This document shows positions 24,716 to 35,100 of a DNA stretch of 64,000 bases, in pieces. The DNA is from Guillardia theta CCMP2712 (Eukaryota; Protista; Cryptophyta). Under the pieces are notes generated by a model. The model saw only the letters and a program-made list of their open reading frames with translations, was not told the origin of the DNA and ran no database searches. Made by a program: the position numbers and the translations under genes. Every line of letters begins with the position of its first letter. Within the stretch, counting starts at the first letter, position 1. The DNA is taken from positions 190,273-254,272 of the forward strand of contig NW_005434654.1 in the NCBI RefSeq assembly GCF_000315625.1. Direction: 5' to 3'.

Positions 24716-25885
24716 ATGCCATTACACCAGATTCTCCCTCTGTCGCGCACGCCACTTGTTGCCGGCAGTGCCTGCAGCACTGCGAGTCTCTGTTACCGGG
24801 TCTTGCCACTGCTCCTCATTGTCTGCTGGCACTCAGTGTCAGCTTATCCCCGACCTGATTTGCTGATTCGACGGTACCAACATGGACACTGTGGCAGCGA
24901 GTCAAATAAGATGAGTTGTCCTTTGTCTTTGAAGACAAATCTCCATCGCCTTGCTCGGCATCTGGACTGCAGCGTCAGGACGCATGTGCGGACGGTGAGA
25001 CTTTGTTCTGACAAGAGAGAGTCGCAGGAAAGAAGCGTCTCTAAGAAAGCCTGCAGTGACTCAGGCAAAGGCAGGCCACTGCCTCGCTTTTGGATTTATG
25101 AAGCTCAAGGCGACAGGCCTCGCATGGAGGATACGCATGTGGCGCAGCTTAGCTTCCACAAAGACAAACACGTGTTCGGGGTTTTCGACGGACATGCTGG
25201 TGATTGCGCTGCCAAGCTGCTGAGCACTGAGATCGTAGGGATACTGAGGGACCAGATCATGCAGAGGTCGGGCCCTCAAGACAGCGCATTGGGGGCCAGC
25301 CTGACCAGCAGCTTCCTTGAGGCCGAGAAGAGAGCGCTAGCACAGCCTTGGGACGATGGCAGCTCAGCAATCCTGGCAGTGATCGATGGAGATCGTCTCT
25401 TCGTGGCGAATGCTGGAGACTGCCGGGCGATCATCTGCGGTGAGGGAGAGCCCATGCCGATGAGCACTGATCACGACCCGACTGTGCCCGAGGAACGGAA
25501 GCGCATCGAAGCCAACGATGAGGAGATTGAAAGCTATGAAATCAACGGAAGGTCCATCAACCGAATCAGAGAGCTTGCAATGTCTCGATGTATAGGCGAC
25601 AAAAGTCTCAAGCAATACCACGATTACGATACAGACACTTGGATACCCATAGATGATTGCATCATACCAGACCCTGAGATAAAGGAGCTCTTGCTCACGA
25701 AGCAGCACAAGTATCTGGTGATTGCCAGCGATGGATTATGGGCAACCGTGACAAACGAAGCTGTGGCACGGCGTCTCGACACCCTGACGGAAGAAGAGGA
25801 TCCGGCAGAAGAGTTGCAGAAGCTCATTGATCGACGCGAAGACAACATCACAATAGTGGTCGTTGACCTGCGAGTGCATGCTTGA
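24716..25885 (+). CDS. PP2C/PPM-family phosphatase, intronless (copy 3); tandem duplicate with 2376-bp period
   Basis: 24847-26236 is near-identical to 22471-23860; all catalytic motifs intact. Confidence 0.92.
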   Translation: MPLHQILPLSRTPLVAGSACSTASLCYRVLPLLLIVCWHSVSAYPRPDLLIRRYQHGHCGSESNKMSCPLSLKTNLHRLARHLDCSVRTHVRTVRLCSDKRESQERSVSKKACSDSGKGRPLPRFWIYEAQGDRPRMEDTHVAQLSFHKDKHVFGVFDGHAGDCAAKLLSTEIVGILRDQIMQRSGPQDSALGASLTSSFLEAEKRALAQPWDDGSSAILAVIDGDRLFVANAGDCRAIICGEGEPMPMSTDHDPTVPEERKRIEANDEEIESYEINGRSINRIRELAMSRCIGDKSLKQYHDYDTDTWIPIDDCIIPDPEIKELLLTKQHKYLVIASDGLWATVTNEAVARRLDTLTEEEDPAEELQKLIDRREDNITIVVVDLRVHA

Positions 25886-26620
25886 ACGGCATATGCGACA
25901 AGATGGCACGGGTGCACGCTGCCTGTTTGCTCAGCTTTTGAAGACGCGGGGAGGTTGACATGAGTTGAGTCCAGGGGTGCCACCCGTGACCTTGAGAGGC
26001 GAGTTGTGTCTTATTCCCTTGGTATTGCATGAAGCATGACTACACCCCGACCCTCTGACTCTACTCGCACATACTCTTCGTTGCCTCCTTGATCTGACAC
26101 CGACACATGGCTTGCGATCAGTCATGGAGACTGAGACTGTATCTTCATGCACTAGACAATAGATGTGCAAAGTCCTCTCTTTGCCACCGTGTCCTCCTTT
26201 GCGATGCCAGGACTGCCTGCTGCGTGGAGGGTCCATGAGATTTTTGCAGAATGAGATCACGTTGCAACATGATGAACTTGATGGTAAAGACGACTACAAG
26301 GAGGACCAAGAGGAAGATCTCTTACATGCTTTATCTACAAACATTCATCTACTTGTGCGGAATTGTTCTTCCGTCACTCTTTACGTAAGTTTGCAATGCT
26401 ATGACCTTTGTCGTCACCTCTAACTGGATCTGTTTGAAAGAAGATTGTTGCCTCAGCCCAGACTGCGTCCGATGCAGCTGATGCTGATGACCTGGAATTC
26501 CCTACTCGCTAAAATGTCAGGAGACGTCATCAGTTGGAAGGTATGTTCTTGCCTTGGAAAAGTTCTGAAGGATGAAGGAATCTCATGGCATCGGAAACAG
26601 ATTGCAAAGATGATGAGCGA

Positions 26621-28831
26621 TCAAACAAAACTTTCTCCATCACTTCTCTTCTCTTCTGCAGGCACAAATCTCTGAGTGAGCCCTGAGGCGGTAACTCTGC
26701 TCTCAGTGTTGTCGGTTTCCTGCTGGTTTAAAATATCACGTGAATCACCGAGCAAAAATTCATTACTCTTGCGCTCCCTTGCTTGTTCTCGATGGTTCAA
26801 ACATGGTATTCTCATTACCTTCAATGCCAAGGACAGTAAATGCACCTTGATCGTCATGTTTTGGATCGAACCAAGGAAACTCAGGCGTAGGCGGTCGAGA
26901 TTGCAAAGAATCGTTGCAGCCCTCTTTAATTTCTTCTTCATCGTCTTCTTCGTCTTCTTCTTGATCATTATGTTGATGGTCAATGTCATTGTCATTCTCG
27001 AGCCTAGACGACAACGATGCTCCATATCGTTCTTGTGACCCTCTGATCCATTTCTTATCTCCTCTTGATCCTATTTCTGAAATTTCATCGCACAACCAAG
27101 ACCCTCTGTCGTCGATTGTTTGATGCTTCTTGTGTTTCTTTGATGCAGAGTTGCCAGCATTCTTCTCAAAATCTTCTGATTCAAAGACGGCACTGTTGTT
27201 CTGTCTGCCAGTCCCGGCAAATTCCCTGTGTGAGGTATTTTCTGCAGTGATTTCGTTCAGATCTCGTTCCATCAACATAGACATGTTTGTCTTGTGTCTC
27301 AACACGTATTTCGGTCTGCAACAAAACCATGAGCACGAGACAATCAGCAGTTAGAACGAGGGAGAGGAAAAAAGAGGTCGATAGTGCAATGGGAGTTAAT
27401 GGATTACAAGTTCAGCATGTCAAGACCTGCAACAAGTTCACAGAGATCAGTCTTGTTGCCGCCACAGAGTGGAGGGGACTAACGCTCGGAATCTTGAATC
27501 CTCAAGGCAATCGACTTCCTGCCCACCGCGTCTTCTTGTGCAATTTCACTTGCAAACCTGGCAGGCGGAGGCAGAGCGTAAGGAGGAGAAACAGGATGTC
27601 AGCTCTCCTTGCCTGTAATATGCGCTCTTGTCGAGCAGCGGACAGAGAGTCTTTCCGATCTCTGCCGGTCTTTCTTCCTTGCATTGCCGACAAACCTTGT
27701 CTTCGACGTAATCGTTCATGGACCAAAGCCACTTGCGCAACCCATGTCGATTCCAACTTCCACAACCTGGACGACAGTCAAGGAGAATGAGATCGAAAGA
27801 GTTTCAGTCAAGCTCTTGCTGCTGATGATGATCAGACAAAACGTGAACAGAATTGTGATAGCAACGAGACGCTTGGAGGGTCAGATTGCAAATGATCTCA
27901 CTGGGGCAGATCCACTGATCCGCACAGAGACAGCCCTCGTCGTCAAGTTTGTGTTGGTTCACCATCAAGTCCAACGAGTAAGTCTGTCGAAGAGGGAGAT
28001 GTCATTCAATCAGCCATCTCCTCCATCCACTTACCGACGAGACTGTCTGATGAAACCTTTGATCCATCTTCACCCTTTTGTGCTCCTTCAAAGCATCCTG
28101 TTGCAATGTTCACATGATCTGATTCCTTTTCAAGCAGGTTTTTCACTTGCAAGCCCTTAGAAACTGGGAGGGAGAGGGAGCGACTGAGGTCTTGGATGCG
28201 TATGACGTCTTCTCCTCTCACTGTTCCAAGTTTTCTGAAAGCCTTTCTGAGAAGTGAGAAAGGAGAATTGAAGTCGAAACAAGTCAAAGACCGCAAACAT
28301 TGCAAGACACTCGTGCTGTGAGATGTCGAATCCAAGTTCTCTCAGTCCGGTGCGAAACTCTCCTGGAGGCAAGAAAAAAGTCACTTTTGACACCACCAAA
28401 TTCCAGCAAAGATGATGAAGACAGCGAGGACGAGTCACAGATAGCGTGATGTGATGTCATTCAGATGTGACAAGATAGTCGCAAAGATTCATCTACCCGG
28501 ATCAATGATTTGATTGCCATCTGAGTCCATCGCCTTGCTCAAGGCTTGCACTTTACAGCTTGTCATTGACTTTCAGCATGCGCTCTCATCACCATCAAGG
28601 CCTTTGCGATAGCAATGCTTGCGCAGTTTTGTCAAGATATCATTGCCTGTCATGTCATCAGCGAGACATCTGTGTTGTGATGGTAAATGGACAGGGAAAC
28701 TATTGTGCTGATTTACCGATCTTTTCGAGAGAATTTTCCTTCTTCCTTTTGTCCGCAAGAGATCGTGAAAGTTCTTTTGCTGCCTCGACGAAATTATAAG
28801 TCTTGTCGATCTTAATCCTGAGAAAATATCA

Positions 28832-28920
<89 letters not shown>

Positions 28921-29156
28921 ACTGACGTATCATCATTTCACCTCAGGTAGATCTCAGATGCTTGCTTAGTCTGAAGATTCTGTGCAACACATTAGACACA
29001 CTTCATTCTTTGTCCACAATCACTTTGACTTGATGCCCTTTATTGTCTAGCAAAGGATACCTGTCACTCCATCAGCTTGAGCAGGACATTGAAAGCTTTC
29101 CTCCTCCTCCTCCTCCTCGTCCTCCTCCTCTCCTCCTCCTCGTCCTCCTCCTCGTC

Positions 29157-29192
<36 letters not shown>

Positions 29193-31601
29193 CTCCTCCT
29201 CCTCCTTATCCGATTACCATCCTTCCTCCATGTAAGTTGATTCACAACCTCCTTCGCCGTCAGCATCTTCAGGTGGACCATTGTAGTACTTCGAGATCAG
29301 GTCTTCTCCCTTTCCTTTCTCTCAACACCGACAAAAAATAATTCCGCAAGTTTCACCGAGAGAACAACATGTCCCATGAAATCGTTGGCCTTCATCATAT
29401 CGAAGTCCCAAACTGTGATGATAATCTGCACCGGATGATGACGATTCTTGGTCAGTTGTCACATTCTGTCTCACTTTATCTTCCGCGTTTTCGAATGGAA
29501 GATGATGAATCTTGTCCCAGAAAGGAAACAGAGTCTGCGAAGAAAGATAACACTCAGATCGATTGAGAGGAGAGGACAAGGGAGTGAGGGGGAGAGCAGC
29601 GACGAACTAGCAGGTTGCAGGAGCGGAGCTGAACAAGGAGTCGAGGAGGACGGTGGAGAGCGAGAAGACTTGTTTGACTCCTACCGAGAAACAGATGTCA
29701 CTCTTCGAAGACACCTCTGTCACTCTCTTCTTGGAGAGTCGAAAGCTCTTGATCTGTTGTGAGGTAAAGCAACATGTCAAGTCTGCCCTCAAGACCAGGG
29801 CGAAACGAATCACGATCGTCACCTCGCACACGGCAAACGGATCTGCAAGTCCGATAAGATTTCTATCCCTCAGGAAGATGTCGGTGCTTGGCAGGTTGCG
29901 TGCCTATCAAGACTTGTAAGAGAAGGAGAAGCGGGAGAAAGCAATGACATCCGACCCGGTAAGTGTTGATGTACAAGCTCCACTAAGTTAGAAGGGAGTT
30001 CAGAGATGATGCTTTTCACTCTTTCAGCCCCTCTATCACCTTCTTCGCGTTCGCTTGTTTCTTGATCGCCTTGAAATTCAAGTCAGTGCGCCGCTCTTAC
30101 ACTCAGTAGCCCGACATGCTTCATCGCGTTCTCCGTCCTACTTTGCTGCTTCAGCCTGTTCTTCTCATTCTCTTTCACCAGCATGTCAGACATCTGCAAG
30201 CAATCGGCCAACTTTCTCCTCACCTGTCACCTTCTTTGACTTCGACTCCATGTCTTCTTTGCTCTCCAGTGACTTTTGTACCAGCTTCCTGAGAGGTCCA
30301 TACATGGTGATCCCGGGGCACCTTCATTGCAACATGTCAAAGGAAGTCTTGAAAGCTGCCCTGCACTTCTATCCTCTATCGTTTGATCTTGTTTCTCTTG
30401 TCCTAACTTATTTCCCCTTCATTATCCTCAATTTCAATCTCTTTTCTCCATTCTTCAGCTCTACAATCTTCTTCTTCCCAATCCTCCCGAACATTCTCGT
30501 ATCCCCTCACGCATACCCTCCATCCTCTCTCGCTTTCACCCTCCGATCTTCCTACACTGATCTCATGCTCTTCTCACCTGTAGTAAATGACGACCGAACA
30601 GATCAACAAGGACAAGCCTACCATTGCTGGAATTGCAACTCGAACAACATTGAAGTAGAGGGTCGATGATCCTGTTGTTGCAGAAGTCTCTGCTGCAATG
30701 ATCGTACAATTAGATTTCATCGCTTCTTCTTTGATCTTGCTCGGAACACAGACCCATCCCTTCTCAACATGACATTCCGAGTCGCAACCGTCGTTGGACC
30801 TTGTGTTTCCGTCATCACACTCCTCGAGGTTGGAAGAAACGGCTGCAACAACATCAGGGGAGATTGTAACGTGCTCGATCATCGCAACTTGCCTGGGTTG
30901 TACAGCTTGTTGAAAGTGATCCCATCCCCGCAGTACGACAGAACTGATGCACTCTCGACGGCATAGCGGAGAGCGACTTGCGGGCTGTAGAGCTTGAGCT
31001 GCAGGTTGTAGACCCTGGCACGTTCCTTCAACTCTCGTGGCTCCTCCTCCCTCCTCACCTCGCGCGTATCACAATCGACTGCGACGTCAGAGCCGCAGAC
31101 TCTGACGAGGATGTGAAACCTACGCAGCTGCTCTGCCCGCACACGTCGTAAGGGCCTGCGCCGCATGACAGCGGGTAGCGAGGAGGATACGACGCAGCCA
31201 TGCCGGGCTGCGTCTCATCCACACTGCGTGCATGAGCTCATCCTCCTCTTCCTGCGCCTCTTGTCTCACCTGGTCCAGCAGAGCACGTTGCATCTCTGAT
31301 CCATGCTGACGAATTGAACCCGAAAGCTCGACGAGTCGAGGAGCAGGGAGGTCAGAATGCCTCCCTTGGTCAGCTCCAGCTTCGTCTGGTTCGGCTTGAA
31401 GACAGGCGGCAGGCAGAGCTCACACCCCAGCGTCGTCTGTGCGCATGGCGTTCCAGACGCGTCCGTAGGGTCAGTCGCACAGTATGCAGGGAGGAGGAGG
31501 AGGAGGTGCAGAAGTAGGCATGAGAGCTCACTGAAAGCCGCATGAAACGTCACTCCTCCTCCTCCTCCTCCTCCTCCTCCTCCTCCTCCTCCTCTTCGCA
31601 T
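26621..31601 (-). CDS. Putative type I membrane protein: signal peptide, Myxococcus-type Cys-rich repeat, TM helix, C2 domain, EF-hands and acidic tail (could be two genes)
   Basis: LLLHLLLLLPAYCA signal; EECDDGNTRSNDGCDSECHVEKGWVC; TM VVRVAIPAMVGLSLLICSVVIYYR; C2 motifs SLYINTYRARNLPSTD..ADPFAVCE, TLFPFWD and ITVWDFDMMKANDFMG; EF-hand MDSDGNQIIDP.EFRTGLRELG. Confidence 0.6.
28831..28920 (+). repeat. (TGCTCC)n hexanucleotide microsatellite, ~15 copies, probably intronic
   Basis: Directly visible perfect tandem run. Confidence 0.95.
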
Positions 31602-32040
31602 GCTCAACGAAGCAGATCGTCGTGAGATCGAGGCATCTATCTCCTCTGCTTTCCCCAGCTCTCCCAAGTACTGGGAGGAGACAAGGAAGGAGGCGCGAGG
31701 GTTCGAGAGGTGAAGGGAGGGAGGGGAGGGAAAGAGAGTCGATAGGAGGGCAGAGGAGGGACGGAGAGAGGAGGAGCGGGAAGAAGTGAAAGAAGTGGAG
31801 GGAAGGGAGAGGAAGGAGAGCAGGGAGGGAGACACAAGGACGAGGGCGGAGGGGGTCAGGAGGGGAGGGGAGCGCAACAGGGAGCGCAAGGATTGTCGGG
31901 TTGATGGGAGGGGATGGGGGCGACGAGACTCTAGGGGCTCAATTAGGAAATGATGGAAGTGTGGCCTTGGGGACGGACACGACGAGGGAAACAACACATG
32001 GTGGAGTATTTCTGTGTTTAATGTGGAAGCGAAGATTACA

Positions 32041-32165
32041 AACGTCGAACAACGAGGGAGCAGAGAGGAGGAGAGGGGAGATGAAACTCTCTCTTACAAG
32101 ACAACGTCGAACAACGAGGGAGCAGAGAGGAGGAGAGGGGAGATGAAACTCTCTCTTACAAGACA
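32041..32165 (+). repeat. ~62-bp direct tandem duplication immediately downstream of the USP stop codon
   Basis: aacgtcgaacaacgagggagcagagaggaggagagggg...ctcttacaagac occurs twice in a row. Confidence 0.9.
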
Positions 32166-32167
32166 GC

Positions 32168-35100
32168 CTACGTGCACCTCTCGTAGAAGAGGACGTTTGG
32201 CTGGAATCGACCCAGTCTGCACCTCTCCACCACTTCCTTCCAGTCGCCAACGCGCTTGACCGAAGAGTCGTCGTATTGAACCCACTGCTTCACCCGCGGC
32301 TTGTAGGACAGGAGCACGTAGTGCTGTCCGTAGAAGCAGACCATGCAGCGCAGGCGGTACTTGGAGCCACTTGGCACTCCCGAGTAGACCAGGGAGAGGT
32401 CGAGGACGAGGGGAAGCTGGTGGAAGAGGAGGCTGATGTCGTCAGGAGTAGCCGATGTTGTCTCCCAGACCAGCACGAGACTGAAGATGTCGGGGCAGGA
32501 GAACAGAGCCTGAGAGCACTCGAACATCGCGTTCCCCTCCTTGCATCCAGGGCAAGTCCTTGTGTCACGTGCGTACGCCTCACGCAGAAGGTCCTCGGGC
32601 GACAACTTTTGGTCCCTCAGCTGCTGGTGCACGTCAGCCAGCAGCTTCGGAGGAACGTAGTGGAAGAAGCGCGTGTAGCTCTGCTCCTGCATCTTGTAGC
32701 CACAGGTGGAGCATCGCAAGCCCTCCTTCACCTTGAGTCCGAAGGAACCCAGCACGATGTTTGACGAGGCATCCGAAGAGTCCGTCTTCCCGCTCTGCTC
32801 GAAGAACAGCTGGAGAGTCTCCAGGATGTCATTGAGCGCTTCGGAAGCATCCGCCATCTCATGCACCTGTGACCGTTTGCGGCTCATGAAGATGGAGCTG
32901 AGAGCCTTGCGGCACTCCGTCGGGTCCACTACGAAGAGATTCTTTCCTCCGCTGCCCCACGCGTTCCCAACTGGTGCTGAGACGATTGCTGGAGGGCCAG
33001 ACGCCCAGGCGTTGGCGGCAGCCGGAGGCTTGTTGGACCCCTCTGTGACAACATCGACTCCGCTCTTGCTTCCTGATAGCGACGAGAAAACCTTAGCCAA
33101 ACTGCGCAAGAAGGCAGCGGCTTCAGATTCATCGTCAGGTCTCAGGCTTAGTTCAGAGTTTGTCAAGAGAGCCTCTCTGAAGGATTCCAGTTGCCACAAG
33201 GACTGTATGATGACATTCAAGAAGCAGTTATATTCACCCTTTGGGTTGTCGAGCCCTTTGCCAAGGTCCTTAGCCGAGATCTCTCCGTTCTTTTCCAGAG
33301 CTTCTCCGTGCGATGCTCCCCAAACATTCCCGTACTCTCTCGTGCCAAAGCTCTGCTCGGGTCTGAGATGAATGCTGGGCAATTGCAGGCTGGTGACATC
33401 TTCGTTCCTAAGTGCTTGTTCCAATTCCGGCGATTGGCTGTCCTGCATCTTGGTTGATCCAAGAGGAATTTCTAAGGAATCGCCTGCTGCCACTTTCCTG
33501 GTTGCCGTGCGCTCTCCATCTTCAGTCTTCTTGAGTGCTGCAGCCCAAGCGTTGGGAGGAGGCATGCTCTTGGCAGCACTCTCCGCCTGCTGTGATGCCG
33601 TTGGCTCAGGCTGCAAGTGACTGTCTGTAGGAGCATCCTTGAGAGCCTGTTGACCAGAACCGTTGTCTTTGACTTGATCGACTCTTTCATTCGGTTCTAT
33701 TTGCTGCGGACTCATCCCAGGAGCAGGAGGACGAGCGTTAAACTGAGGGGGCTGCAAATTCTTGTCCGTAGCGTTACTCCCTGGAAGGCCCTCAGCATCG
33801 CTCCAAGGCACAGCAGCTCCTGCATGATTGTTGACAGGGGAACCATGCAATCCAACTGGCGGGCAATGCATTCCGATGGCAGGATTGTGCATAGCGCACA
33901 TGGCAGACGGGTGCATACCCCAAGCCATCGGCACCGGCGGACAAGCAGGCGCCATGGGCATCTCATTTATTCGGCCATCAGAGAGGATTGGGCGCATTCC
34001 TGTTGGTATTCCCATAAAGTATGGCGGCACGTTGGTGGGCAGCATGGCCGGCCCGCACATTGCAGGATTCATAGGATTCATAGCAAGAAAATGTCCACCT
34101 CTTGGAAGGTTCCCAGGGCCAGGAAGTGCTTGAGGATGTTGCATCTGAGGGTTGCCGGGAGGAGGAATGCCAGCATTCTCATGGTGCGGAATCCTGTCTC
34201 CTACCTTCTGCTTGCTAACATTCTGTTGTCCTTTTCCCTTCGATGTCTTCTTTGCCTTTTCAGATTTCTTTTCAGTTTTGTTTGCACTTTTGCCTGGCTG
34301 CACTCCAGTCGGATTATCGTTGCTGGCTTGTGAAGGGCTGCCAGGAACGAATTCCTTCGCATCACAAGACAAAAGTTTGGCTCCACCTTGTGTATTCATC
34401 TTCGGTTCTGATTCAGCTGGCTTTGCTTCTTCCTGTATCTGAACTTCAGGATCCACAGCGTTGACAATAGAAGTGGAGTCTTCAACATTAGATGGTTCAT
34501 CACTTGAAAAGCAAGGAGTCTCATCAGGCTCACTATGGGACTGAATCATGTCGACGTTCTCGTCGGATTCTTCGTGCTCGTTTTCATCAGGTTCGCCAAG
34601 ATTGTCAGCATCTAAAGATTCTTGTTCCTTAGAGTCTGCAAGGGGGACAACAGGACCTTCTTCTTCGGAATTTTGCTTCTGCTGGGTGTCCTCCATCTCT
34701 TTTCGCTGTTTCTTCTCCTTCTCCTTTGCTTTCCGCTTCGCAAGGCGATCTCGTTTGAGTTTTTCTTGTTCTGCAAGACGCTCCTCACTCTTCAACAAAT
34801 CTTCAACAGCTTTCAAAGCCCCTTCTTCTTTCAATCTCTTATCCTCTTGCTCTTGTGACATTTTGAACCCTGTCAAAATGTTTTCACGTATGATGCAAAT
34901 ACAAATATTCCGAATCATTTCCGAGTAATCCGCTTTGCACTCATACAAGTAAAATAGCAAGGAAGAGCTCTGAAAATCATAAGATCCAGTGTTTGAAACC
35001 TCCTTCAGAACTTTCTTCATGTCACCATACATTTTGTCAATATTTTCAAGCATGGAAGTTGCACGAGAATACATAATTTGATACTTGATTGAATTTTCTC

